Shown piece after piece: positions 45,644 through 55,741 of a stretch of DNA of 64,000 bases (within the stretch, counting starts at the first letter, position 1; each line of letters starts with the position of its first letter). The stretch is from a virus (Duplodnaviria; Caudoviricetes). A program made the position numbers and the translations under genes. The stretch spans positions 26,666 through 90,665 of the IMG/VR virus record IMGVR_UViG_3300049192_000016. The stretch is one strand, 5' to 3'. The notes under the pieces were generated by a model, which was given only the letters and a program-made list of their open reading frames with translations, searched no databases and was not told the origin of the DNA.

Positions 45644-46042
45644 ATGTTTAACTACAAAAACACGAACAAAGTATTTGAAGAAACTGCAACGCTGATTCTG
45701 AAAGACCCTGAAACTGAGATGGACTTGGAGGTTGATGGCAAACCTGTCAGCATCACTGTGTATGGACAATCTAGCCAGAAGTATCAAAAACTGATGGATG
45801 TACTGGCAACTAAAGAACGTGCTGGGAATAACAAGAACAAGTCGCTTGAGGTTCGCAAGAAAGAGTCGATTGATCTGTTGGTGCAACTGTCTGTTTCCAC
45901 TGAGAATATGGAAGATGGTAGTGGTACTCCAATCACCACTGCTCAACAGTTCCGTGAACTGTACAGTGAAGAATCTGTCTCGTGGATTCGTGATCAAGTA
46001 ACCGCTTTCGTATTTAATTCTTCAAATTTCTTGAAGAAGTAA
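45644..46042 (+). CDS. tail assembly chaperone (gpG-like)
   Basis: Between the tube and tape measure genes; AAGGAG RBS; slippery heptamer near the 3' end. Confidence 0.8.
   Translation: MFNYKNTNKVFEETATLILKDPETEMDLEVDGKPVSITVYGQSSQKYQKLMDVLATKERAGNNKNKSLEVRKKESIDLLVQLSVSTENMEDGSGTPITTAQQFRELYSEESVSWIRDQVTAFVFNSSNFLKK
46024..46030 (+). other. -1 programmed frameshift site A AAT TTC
   Basis: Canonical X XXY YYZ heptamer in the correct phase; the -1 frame is open from 46018 to 46491. Confidence 0.85.
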
Positions 46043-46491
46043 GGTCAAGTCTCGTACTTTACTCTCGCCAATGGGCGTGGTTAGCAGCAACGCCTGACAA
46101 GCAAAAACAATCCCGCTTAGAAACTCTAAAGCAATCAGATAACCCACTTGCGGTCGAACTGCCTGAAGTACATCCGGCCTTCGAGAAGCTTGTGGGTTAT
46201 TTTTTTAGTGCTGGGCAAGCTACCTCTACAGGTATGGGCTTGGTAGCCCTTTCTTGGCAGGAAATAAGAGCATGGCGATTAGAGAACAGGTATCACCTTA
46301 CTTTATGGGAAATAGAGACACTTAAACAAATGTCAGATGCGTATGCTTCTGAGTATTCTAGAGCAAGTGACCCTCTTCGTAAAGCTCCTTATCAAGTGGA
46401 GGACGAAGAAATTATAGCACAAAAGAACATCGCGCAAGCATTAAGTTGGAGGGATGCTATTCGCAGAAACGGCAAACAGAAACAAACATAG
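46030..46491 (+). CDS. gpT-like extension of the tail chaperone (frameshift product)
   Basis: Open -1 frame with no good RBS or start of its own; LSWQEIRAW motif typical of gpT-like proteins. Confidence 0.8.
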   Translation, partial: LEEVRSSLVLYSRQWAWLAATPDKQKQSRLETLKQSDNPLAVELPEVHPAFEKLVGYFFSAGQATSTGMGLVALSWQEIRAWRLENRYHLTLWEIETLKQMSDAYASEYSRASDPLRKAPYQVEDEEIIAQKNIAQALSWRDAIRRNGKQKQT

Positions 46492-46499
46492 GAAGACAC

Positions 46500-49400
46500 A
46501 TGCAAATTGATCAACTGGTAATCTCAGTAAAAAGCCAAGGTATTTCCGACGCAAAACGTCAGTTAGACCAACTTACAACTTCAGCCGACAATACAGAGAA
46601 GAAAGTAAAAAAACTTGTTGATGCCGTAGATGATATGGTTAAGAAGTTTTCCTCTGGTAGTAGTGCTGTAGCTGCCATGACACAGGCTATGTCTGTTGTC
46701 AATAAATCTACACAAGCTTCTGACGCTGCCATGAAATCATTGTCATCCTCTATAACAGCTTTGTCGAGACAAATTGAGAACTTGAATAAGGGGATGGCTT
46801 CAGGAGTATCTGCTGTCCGCACATCTACTGTGAACATCACTCACCACACAGCAACCATGTCTGATGCTCATGCTGCTGCTCGTGGTTTGACAGGTTCCCT
46901 TGGTGCTCTGTGGCTCACGTATGGTAATGCTGCTCCGCTAGCTGCGGGTGCGGCTATTGGTGCTTCTATGAAGCAAATTATCAGCATCGGTACTGAAGTA
47001 GAGCACACCCTAGAAAACATTCGTATCAAAGGGGAAAATACAGCAGAAGGTATTCAGGAAATGCGTAAAGCTTTGGTTGATCTTGGACAAGGTATCTATG
47101 GTCCACAAGAAATTACCAAAGCTCTTGAGACACTAACTCTAGCAGGTTTGAAATCTGATGCATCTGTTAAGGCGGTCGGTGCCGCGCGCAATTTGGCTAT
47201 TGTCGGTGGCACAGATATCAATCGTGCTGCTGAATCGTTAGTTACTATTGGTACAGCTTTTGGTGCAACAGCAGATCAATTTGACTATGTTTCAGATGGC
47301 ATTGCTAAAGCTGCAAACATTTCTCTGGCGAGTGTGGAAAGTATTTCGGAAGCTGTTAAGCGTGCATCTGTTGTGAATAAATTGTATGGTGCTTCTTTTG
47401 AAGATGTTCTTACACAAACAGCAGCTTTAGCACAATTAGGTATCAAGAATTCTGCTGCCGGTACAGCTATCACTAATTTCTATGCCAATGCGATGGGGAA
47501 CACAGAGAAAGCTAAAGCTGCTCTAGACGCACTTGGTTTTAGTTTCCAAGACGCTACAGGTAAAGCTAAACCTTTGGTTGCTGCTTATGAAGAATTCACT
47601 TCAAAACTAAATCAGTTTGATCAAAAATCTCAACAGAAATTAATTACTGAAATTTTTGGTGAACGTGCTTTACGTGATGTCGAAGGTATTCGAGATATGG
47701 TTAATTCTGCTGCTGAGTCTACTGAGCGTCTTGCTGATGGTACTCTCAAATACAAGAATCGTCTTGAAGAAGTACAAGCACAAATTCAAAGTAGCTCTGG
47801 TACAGCAGCTTTACAGGCTGCGCAATTGGCTCAGACAACTGAGAACCAAGTCAAAACAATGATTAATACTCTGAAATCTTCTTTTGGAGAAGCGTTCACT
47901 GCAATTGAACCACAAATAAGGGATATTGTAAAAGGCTTGACAGATATGTTCAAGTCCGAACAATTTAAATCTTTTATCTCGGGCGTGTCTCAAGGTTTTA
48001 TTAATCTTGCTAAAATTCTCTCTGAAAATGTAGATTTAATCAAAACATTTGTGGAGATTATGATTGCAGGTGCTGCTGCTAATGCAGGCTTTGCGTTATT
48101 CTCTGCTATTGCCAGAGGTATCCAACTAGCTCGTACGGAATTGATTGCTTATCGTGCTGCAATGATTGGTGTAGAGGCAGCCACAATTGCAACTACAGTG
48201 GCTACTGGGGCTTTGAGCACAGCCCTTAAATTCCTTCCGGGGATAGGTTTAGTATTGGGTGCCGTGACAGCTGTATTTACAATGATGTCATTGGAGGCCG
48301 ACAAAGCCGCCAAATCCACCTCTGATCTTGCCGAAGAAGCTAAGAAAGCAGCAGCAACATCTAATCAAGATTTCATTAATTCATTAGAAGAAGAGGCTAA
48401 ACGTCTGGAATTAGTGAACGAGAAACTAGCTAAGGGGGTTGCATTACAAACTGCTGAAATTCAAGTAACAAAAGAGTTGGCATTAGAAAAACAAAAAGCT
48501 GCTGGACAAAAATCTGTTGAATTGGCGCAGAAAGCTTTAGATGAAGCTCGTGCTAGGACAACACCAGAAATGATTGCTAGTTATAATAGGAATAGGTTTA
48601 GTTTCACTGCATCTGAAGAATATCCAGCAGTTATTGCTTTGATGAAAGCTCAAAAAGACTTGGAAGCTGCTAAGAAAGAAGCAAACAAAGCAGATGAGAG
48701 GTCTTTAGAGTTGCTACTTCAGATTGAAGGAGCTAGTGCTTGGAAGCAGAAGCAGATGGAAGTAGATGCTTATGCTAAATCTCTGTTACAAGCAAACAAA
48801 GCAGGAGAAAAAACTTTCACAGGAGATAAAGATAAATCTAAAGGTCCCAATTTCTTTGAACAACTGATCGACTCTTCTCAGAAATGGATAGATGGACATC
48901 AAGCCCGAGTAAATGCTTTACGTAAAGAGATTGAAACTGGTATTGCAGGTGAAGAAGGGTTCTACAAAGCACAAGCGGAAGCTAACCTAACTTCTCGTGA
49001 AGCTGAAATTGCGTCTACTAAGCTTGCAGCAGCGAAGGTCGCTGAATACCAAGCAAAGATTCGTGCAAATGCTGCCACAGCCGATGAAGTAAAATTTGTT
49101 GAAAAGCAACTTAACACTTATAACGACCTCTTGAAATCTGTTAGAGATAGAATTAAAGGAAATAATGAATATTATGATTCGATTATTTCCAACTCTGATG
49201 TAGTAATTGGTAAGTATAGTAAAGAACTTTCTGTTGCTGCACAACGTGCCGGTATGACAGCGAAGCAAATTGAGTTTGCACGTCAGTTAGGTGTTGAGCT
49301 TGATAAACAGTTGAAAATCAATGATGAGATTCAAAAGATTGAGAGTTTGACTAAAGGTTCAAACACGCGTGCAGAACAATACGCAGCACAAGCTAAAGCT

Positions 49401-52400
49401 CTTGGTGAGTATGGTTCTAAAGCTAAATCTACAGCGCTAGACCTTGCACAAGCAACTGTTGCACAAATGTCATTTGCTAATTCTGCTGAAGAATTAAAAG
49501 CTCAAGCCTATCTTGCTGCTGCTGCTCTTGAGACAGTAAATAAAGCTTTGATGGATATTAACAAGATTGGTGCCACTGCTGCTGAAGAAACAGCGAAACT
49601 AGAAGCTGAGTCTTTGTTGATGTTTGAAACTCGTGAGAAAGAAAAAGTACGTATCAAAGCCGAATCCATTAAGAAACAAATTGATATGGATTTGGAGGTC
49701 GCTAGACGTGCTGCTGTAATGGGTGATCCTGCGGCGATTGCGGCGTATCAAAAAGCTGTTGAAGATGCTGTTCGTGCAAAAGAAACGATTGACAAGAACT
49801 CTGCAATTAAGATGCACAATGTTGAGTTGGAAGACTGGAAGAAAACAGTCAACAACATTGTAGACGAAACCCTCAAAGGCTTCGACAACATATTTGACAA
49901 GGGTACGAGTATTTGGAAGAGTTTGACTACTTCTATCAAGAACATGTTCAAGAGCACTATCTTGGATTATATCAAAAAAGAGTTTGCAAAACCCATCGTA
50001 CTGAATGTTGTTGCCAGTGTTGCTGGAAGCATGGGATTCAGTGGAATTGCAAATACCGCACAAGCTATGTTAGGTGGATCATCTGGTGGGGCGATGGGTG
50101 CCGTCAATGGTGTGTCAGGTATTGCATCCTTGCTTTCTGGAGGGTTAACTTCAACCGTTGGCGGCGCTGCTACAGCAATTGGTAACATGATTGGCTCTTC
50201 AACTCTGAGTGCCATAGGTAGTGGTATTTCTGGTGGTGCTGGTATAACAGATGCCATTGCGGCTTATACTGCCGCTGGGGATGCGGCAACGGCCAGTGCA
50301 TTGTCTCTTGGCTCTACAATCAGTGCTGCACTTCCTTGGGTAGCCGGAATTGCCGCTGGTGTTGCTCTGTTGAGTAAAGCATTCGGCATGGGACCAAAAC
50401 AAATCACTGCAACAGGTATCCGTGGCTCTGTTGCCGACAATGGTGTTTCTGGCGAGTCTTACGCAGATTGGATGCGTAAAGGTGGTTGGTTCCGTAGTGA
50501 TAAGAGAGGCACTGATACATCTACACTACCAACAGATGTAGGTAATTCCTTGTTGACCAGTTTTAGTATGTTGAAAAACACTGCGAGTAATTTTGCTCAA
50601 ACTGTCGGTGTATCGTCTAATGCTTTAGATGGGTTTACAAAATCATTTGACATTGCGTTCGGCAGTGACCAACAAAAAAACCAAGAGGCTCTTACTAAAT
50701 TCTTCAAAGACCTTAGTGATGAGATGTCAACAAAACTTGTGCCAAATATCTCTGACTTTGCTTTGCAAGGCGAAACCGCAAGTACGACTCTCGAACGTTT
50801 ATCCAAAGTATTTGACTCCACTAACACTTTAGCCAAGTTACTTGGTAAATCTGTTGAGAGTTTATTTGGCTCTAAAGGCTTAGATAGTGCGAAAGTACGT
50901 CAGAGTCTCGTTGATATTGCTGGTGGTGTAGATGCCTTAACATCTAAAACTTCCGCATACATCAGTGCTATTTACACTGATGCTGAAAAGCTTGAACCTG
51001 TAAAGAAAGCTCTTAATGAAGCTTTTAGTTCCCTTGGTATGCGAGTACCAGAAACTAAGGAGGCTTTCAAATCGGTTGTTGACGGATTGAACTTGCAAGA
51101 TGTAGCTCAACAGAAGATGTATGTTTCTCTGACAGAATTGGCTCCTGCGTTTGCTCAAGTGATTGATGCACAAGATGCTTTGGCTAAAGCTGCTGAAGAA
51201 GATGCTGCAAAACAGCGTGATTTGTATAAGGATAAACTTTCTATTCAAATGCAGATTGCTGAGCTTGAGAAGAATGAGAATGCTATTAAACTCATCACAA
51301 ACGAGCAACGTAAGCTTGAATTAGAAACAATGGAGCAATCGTTGATTCCTTGGCAAGAACGGCTGAATGTTTTGAAGGATGAGAAAGCTGCTCTTGAGAA
51401 AGCTACAGCTTTTGCTAAAGATAAACTCTCTTTAGAACTTGAGATTGCTAATGCGTCTAAAGATCAAGCTGCTGCTTATGCAATCACCTATCAGCAACGT
51501 CTGATGGAAATTGAAGCTACAGAAGAAGGTTTGCGTCCATTGAAACGTCGCTTGTATGCCATTCAAGACGAAGCTGCTGCAATTGATAAAGCTAATGCAA
51601 TTCGTGACAAGAGTTTGTCTATGCAATTGTCTATTGCTGAATATCAAAAAGACGATGTAGCACGTACAGCAATTCTCGCTAAACAGCGGGCGATTGAGAT
51701 GCAATCTATGGATGCTTCACTAAGACCACTGCAAGAGCGTATTAACGCAATTGAAGATGAGAAGCGTGCTCTTGATGATTTGAGATCGAAAGCTAACACA
51801 GCTTTGGATAGACTCAAGACGGCTGTGCAGAAGCAACAGGACATTGTAAAGGATAGTTATGAGAAGCAGATTGACACAACAAAAGATAGTTACTCCAAAC
51901 AAATTGAAGCTGTCAAAGATAGCACAGACGCTCAAATTAAATGGGTGAAAGCTTCTGCTGATGCTCAAGAGCGTGCGGTTAAAGATAGTGCTGATGCGCA
52001 GATTGACGAGTATAAGAAGCAGAAAGATGTTGCTCAAGAAAGTTTGTCTGCAATTAAACAAGTGTTTGATGCACTGTCAAATGCGATTGAATCTGCAAAG
52101 ATTGAATCATATGCTCTTGATAAAGCTCGTAGACAATCTGCACAACAGTTAATTCGTGCCAGCAGGGGAATGGATGTTACGAAGATTGGAGGATTGGATA
52201 ATGCCCTCAAAGACATTTCTTCACCTTCTACCAAATTCTTCAAGACATTCGAGGAATACGCTGTTGATCAAGCACAAACAGCCAGTGATTTAGCAGGGTT
52301 GAGAGACGATGCCCAATCTCAGATGGATTTAGCACAGTTGACAATTGATAAACTTGATGCTACAATAGAGAATATTCAGAAAACCTCTGAAGCTCAAATT

Positions 52401-53201
52401 CAAGCTATCAAAGATAGTGCTGATGCATCTGTTGCCGCGCTTGAGGCTGCAAGGGATATGCAGGTGGTAGCACTTGAAGAAGCCCGCGATAAAGAGATTA
52501 CTGCATTAGAAGCTGCAAGGGATGCAGAGTTGAATGCTCTTGACCAAATTATTCAAACAGCCCAAGTACAATTGGATGCTTTGAACGGTATAAACAGTAG
52601 TGTGTTAAGCGTTAGAGATGCTGTTAGTGGGTTCCAAACCAGTTTTACTGCACTACAGTCTCAAATGTCTGCTGTAGCTGCCGCTGCTGCAAGACCTGTT
52701 ATTATCCCTCAACCTGTATCCACACAAATAGCAACTCCCGGAGCAAATACAGGTCTAAACGATTTGTATCAATCCCTATTAGGACGTGCACCTGATATGG
52801 CAGGGTTGGACTATTGGGCTAATTCCATGATTCAAAATGGATTAAGTTTGACGGACGTAGCTGCGTCTATTGTCTCTGGAGATGAATATAAAAATCTTCA
52901 TCATTTCGATGTTGGAACTAATTTCATTCCTGAAGATATGCCAGCAATGCTACATCATGGTGAGAGGGTGATTCCGGCAGCGGACAATGCGGAATTGATG
53001 CGCAGACTTGATAGTGATGAGAAACAAAAATCTCAGAACGAACTTGTTCAAGCCATCAACTCTTTGGAAGTATCTCTGAGGGCTGGTGATTTGGCAGTTA
53101 ATCAGAAGCTTACAGAAGTTGTTCGCATTGTCAAGCGCTGGGATGGTGAAGGCATGCCGGGCACTCGTCCGGGGGCTGTTGTGACTACAACATCTGTTTA
53201 A
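46500..53201 (+). CDS. tape measure protein (~2233 aa)
   Basis: Ala-rich helical protein with a TP901-type N-terminal core, 11-aa periodic segments and a C-terminal FDVGTNFIPED...LHHGERVIPA motif; start set at ATG 46500. Confidence 0.93.
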   Translation: MQIDQLVISVKSQGISDAKRQLDQLTTSADNTEKKVKKLVDAVDDMVKKFSSGSSAVAAMTQAMSVVNKSTQASDAAMKSLSSSITALSRQIENLNKGMASGVSAVRTSTVNITHHTATMSDAHAAARGLTGSLGALWLTYGNAAPLAAGAAIGASMKQIISIGTEVEHTLENIRIKGENTAEGIQEMRKALVDLGQGIYGPQEITKALETLTLAGLKSDASVKAVGAARNLAIVGGTDINRAAESLVTIGTAFGATADQFDYVSDGIAKAANISLASVESISEAVKRASVVNKLYGASFEDVLTQTAALAQLGIKNSAAGTAITNFYANAMGNTEKAKAALDALGFSFQDATGKAKPLVAAYEEFTSKLNQFDQKSQQKLITEIFGERALRDVEGIRDMVNSAAESTERLADGTLKYKNRLEEVQAQIQSSSGTAALQAAQLAQTTENQVKTMINTLKSSFGEAFTAIEPQIRDIVKGLTDMFKSEQFKSFISGVSQGFINLAKILSENVDLIKTFVEIMIAGAAANAGFALFSAIARGIQLARTELIAYRAAMIGVEAATIATTVATGALSTALKFLPGIGLVLGAVTAVFTMMSLEADKAAKSTSDLAEEAKKAAATSNQDFINSLEEEAKRLELVNEKLAKGVALQTAEIQVTKELALEKQKAAGQKSVELAQKALDEARARTTPEMIASYNRNRFSFTASEEYPAVIALMKAQKDLEAAKKEANKADERSLELLLQIEGASAWKQKQMEVDAYAKSLLQANKAGEKTFTGDKDKSKGPNFFEQLIDSSQKWIDGHQARVNALRKEIETGIAGEEGFYKAQAEANLTSREAEIASTKLAAAKVAEYQAKIRANAATADEVKFVEKQLNTYNDLLKSVRDRIKGNNEYYDSIISNSDVVIGKYSKELSVAAQRAGMTAKQIEFARQLGVELDKQLKINDEIQKIESLTKGSNTRAEQYAAQAKALGEYGSKAKSTALDLAQATVAQMSFANSAEELKAQAYLAAAALETVNKALMDINKIGATAAEETAKLEAESLLMFETREKEKVRIKAESIKKQIDMDLEVARRAAVMGDPAAIAAYQKAVEDAVRAKETIDKNSAIKMHNVELEDWKKTVNNIVDETLKGFDNIFDKGTSIWKSLTTSIKNMFKSTILDYIKKEFAKPIVLNVVASVAGSMGFSGIANTAQAMLGGSSGGAMGAVNGVSGIASLLSGGLTSTVGGAATAIGNMIGSSTLSAIGSGISGGAGITDAIAAYTAAGDAATASALSLGSTISAALPWVAGIAAGVALLSKAFGMGPKQITATGIRGSVADNGVSGESYADWMRKGGWFRSDKRGTDTSTLPTDVGNSLLTSFSMLKNTASNFAQTVGVSSNALDGFTKSFDIAFGSDQQKNQEALTKFFKDLSDEMSTKLVPNISDFALQGETASTTLERLSKVFDSTNTLAKLLGKSVESLFGSKGLDSAKVRQSLVDIAGGVDALTSKTSAYISAIYTDAEKLEPVKKALNEAFSSLGMRVPETKEAFKSVVDGLNLQDVAQQKMYVSLTELAPAFAQVIDAQDALAKAAEEDAAKQRDLYKDKLSIQMQIAELEKNENAIKLITNEQRKLELETMEQSLIPWQERLNVLKDEKAALEKATAFAKDKLSLELEIANASKDQAAAYAITYQQRLMEIEATEEGLRPLKRRLYAIQDEAAAIDKANAIRDKSLSMQLSIAEYQKDDVARTAILAKQRAIEMQSMDASLRPLQERINAIEDEKRALDDLRSKANTALDRLKTAVQKQQDIVKDSYEKQIDTTKDSYSKQIEAVKDSTDAQIKWVKASADAQERAVKDSADAQIDEYKKQKDVAQESLSAIKQVFDALSNAIESAKIESYALDKARRQSAQQLIRASRGMDVTKIGGLDNALKDISSPSTKFFKTFEEYAVDQAQTASDLAGLRDDAQSQMDLAQLTIDKLDATIENIQKTSEAQIQAIKDSADASVAALEAARDMQVVALEEARDKEITALEAARDAELNALDQIIQTAQVQLDALNGINSSVLSVRDAVSGFQTSFTALQSQMSAVAAAAARPVIIPQPVSTQIATPGANTGLNDLYQSLLGRAPDMAGLDYWANSMIQNGLSLTDVAASIVSGDEYKNLHHFDVGTNFIPEDMPAMLHHGERVIPAADNAELMRRLDSDEKQKSQNELVQAINSLEVSLRAGDLAVNQKLTEVVRIVKRWDGEGMPGTRPGAVVTTTSV

Positions 53202-53264
53202 TTAAAACGAGGGAGAGTGAAGGAATTCTCTTTCCTTCCCTTCTCTTATTTTAAAAGGAATTCT

Positions 53265-55664
53265 ATGATTATTGTTCCTCCTATTACGTTGGGAGACAAC
53301 TCAACATTTACAAGGGCTTCCACTGCCCTTTATTACGACATTAATGGTTATCTCTCTGTTAGTGGTGCATCTGTTAATGAGATGAGACTGGAGTATGATC
53401 CCTATCTTTCTGAGACAAATGTAAGCCAGTCCACTGTTGCCCCTTACTATTTAATTGAAGGTGCTGCCACCAACTTGATAACTTATCCGAGAGATTTTAG
53501 TAATGCTGTTTGGAGTAAGAGTAATACTTACATCATCCCAAATGTAGAAGGGCAAAATGCTTTTGCTAGGCAGAATGCAGATAAGCTTGTTGAGAATACG
53601 CTGAATGGTGGGCATTATGTTTATTATGGATTAACAGGAAGCAATGAGACAACAACTTTCTCTGTCTACGCCAAAGCTGGGGAAAGAACAAGAATAGCGT
53701 TACGAAGGAGTAACTCTGTCACGGAATCAATTGCTGCCTACTTTGATCTTTCGACAGGCACTGTTGTAGCTGTTGATACAGATGGAACGGACTATTACGG
53801 GGGGAAAGCGTCTATAAAGAGAGTAAGGGACAACTGGTATCGTTGTTCTTTCACTGTTACAAAAGGTAGTGTGAATACAACTAATTGGGCGCAAATTGAT
53901 TTAGTACAGTCTGGGACAAATGGTGTCTACACAGGCGACGGTGTAAGTGGATTGTACATTGCGTACGCTCAGTTAGAAACAGGTAGCACTGTTACAAGTC
54001 CTATTCCAGATACAACAGCGTTTGTTTCAAGGGCCTCTACTGCTACGTATTTTGATGAGAATGGTGTAATGCAAACAGCAGCTATTAATGTTGCTAGGAG
54101 CAATGACTACACACCAGACTTACATTTAAACAAAGGATTGACTCTAGAAGCTGCTGCTACGAATCTTTTAACTCGATCACAAGAAACTACTCACGCAGAT
54201 TGGACTACTCCTACAGGGGCTGTTGCAACAGACAACATAGGCACTGCTCTTGATGGCACATCAACAGTTGCATCTCTAATAGAGAATACTTCCACAGGTC
54301 TTCATGCACATGATACACCTGCTGTGTCGTTTGTTTCAGGTACAGTTTATACATTTTCTGTTTTTGTTAGGGATGTTGGCGGCAGAGATATCGAACTAGG
54401 ATTCCCTGCAACAGTTTTCACATCAAGATTTGCAAGTTTTGATCTTGTTAACAAGGTTGTCAGAGCGAAAGATTCAGGATGTTCTGCTTATATTCAAAAC
54501 ATGGGGAATAGTTGGTACAGGGTTAGTGTCACATCAACTTGCGTTTCAACTTCTACTGCAAGGGCCACAATCTTCTCAAACTTAAGAAACGGAACAAGGT
54601 CATACACAGGTGACGGAGTGTCTGGTTTATATCATTGGGGAGTGCAACTAGAGACAGGTTATGTAGCTACCTCCTACATCCCAACAACATCCACTACAGT
54701 AACACGCGCAGCAGATATTTCCACTTCTGTAACAGCAACCCGTGCAGCAGACGTTGTTGGAACAACCAACGCAATTGTTAAAACAAACGTTGGAGAAGCA
54801 GATTACACAGCATGGAACAGTGGAACAGCTTACACAATTGGTACATATGTGAGATATGTTGCCAGCAATGTGCATAAAGTGTATGTGGCATTGACCAACA
54901 ACACTAATAAGAATCCTACCACCAATCCGCAGGATTGGCAAGATGCTGGCAGTACAAATGCTTGGAAAATGTTTGATCAATCAGTACAAAGTCAAACTAG
55001 CAGTTCTTATATTCAGTTGAATATTGCTTTGAATGGCAACCCAATCAATTGTATAACATTAATGAATGTGTATGGTAAAAGTGTTCGTGCTGTTCTTTCT
55101 CACAAGACAGACGGTGTGATATATGACCAAACTATCAATTTAATTGGGTACGCTGGTGTAACGGACTGGTATTATTATTTTTACAATAAGTATTACAAAG
55201 ACACGTCGTTCTTGTTTACAGATATTCCCTCTTACGGTGATGCAACACTAACATTAGAATTTAAATCCAATTCAAGTGATGTTACCAAATGTGGTGTTTG
55301 TGTATTAGGAAGTAGTGTTAATATTTCTGCGAAAGATAAGGGGGAGTTCTTTGGTGTTGAGCACGGTGCTAAACTCAGTATTCAAGATTATTCTGTAAAG
55401 GAACAAGATGATTTTGGGAACTATACAATTCTTGAACGTCCTTATGCTAAACGAAGTGATTACACTGTGTACATGGAGCCAGAAGATATGAACGGTGTGT
55501 TTAACCTTCTGGCTTCCAGACGTGCGACACCAACTATTTATATCGGAAGTAACCTTGATAAACATAGATGCACTATTGATTATGGGTTCTATAAAGATTT
55601 CTCTATCGAAATAGCTTATCCAGAATATAGCATCTGTACCATACAAATCGAAGGACTCACATAA
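53265..55664 (+). CDS. tail tip (Dit/hub-like) protein with two inserted carbohydrate-binding-like modules
   Basis: First gene after the TMP; two homologous ATNL...WYR...YTGDGVSGLY...QLETG modules; AWNSGTAY CBM5/12-like motif; start set at ATG 53265. Confidence 0.7.
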   Translation: MIIVPPITLGDNSTFTRASTALYYDINGYLSVSGASVNEMRLEYDPYLSETNVSQSTVAPYYLIEGAATNLITYPRDFSNAVWSKSNTYIIPNVEGQNAFARQNADKLVENTLNGGHYVYYGLTGSNETTTFSVYAKAGERTRIALRRSNSVTESIAAYFDLSTGTVVAVDTDGTDYYGGKASIKRVRDNWYRCSFTVTKGSVNTTNWAQIDLVQSGTNGVYTGDGVSGLYIAYAQLETGSTVTSPIPDTTAFVSRASTATYFDENGVMQTAAINVARSNDYTPDLHLNKGLTLEAAATNLLTRSQETTHADWTTPTGAVATDNIGTALDGTSTVASLIENTSTGLHAHDTPAVSFVSGTVYTFSVFVRDVGGRDIELGFPATVFTSRFASFDLVNKVVRAKDSGCSAYIQNMGNSWYRVSVTSTCVSTSTARATIFSNLRNGTRSYTGDGVSGLYHWGVQLETGYVATSYIPTTSTTVTRAADISTSVTATRAADVVGTTNAIVKTNVGEADYTAWNSGTAYTIGTYVRYVASNVHKVYVALTNNTNKNPTTNPQDWQDAGSTNAWKMFDQSVQSQTSSSYIQLNIALNGNPINCITLMNVYGKSVRAVLSHKTDGVIYDQTINLIGYAGVTDWYYYFYNKYYKDTSFLFTDIPSYGDATLTLEFKSNSSDVTKCGVCVLGSSVNISAKDKGEFFGVEHGAKLSIQDYSVKEQDDFGNYTILERPYAKRSDYTVYMEPEDMNGVFNLLASRRATPTIYIGSNLDKHRCTIDYGFYKDFSIEIAYPEYSICTIQIEGLT

Positions 55665-55741
55665 GTTCGTCCTTCTCCCTCTTAAAACTTCGTTTTACTC
55701 AGACCCGAAGTTCCGAGTAATTTGAATGAAAGGAATAGATT

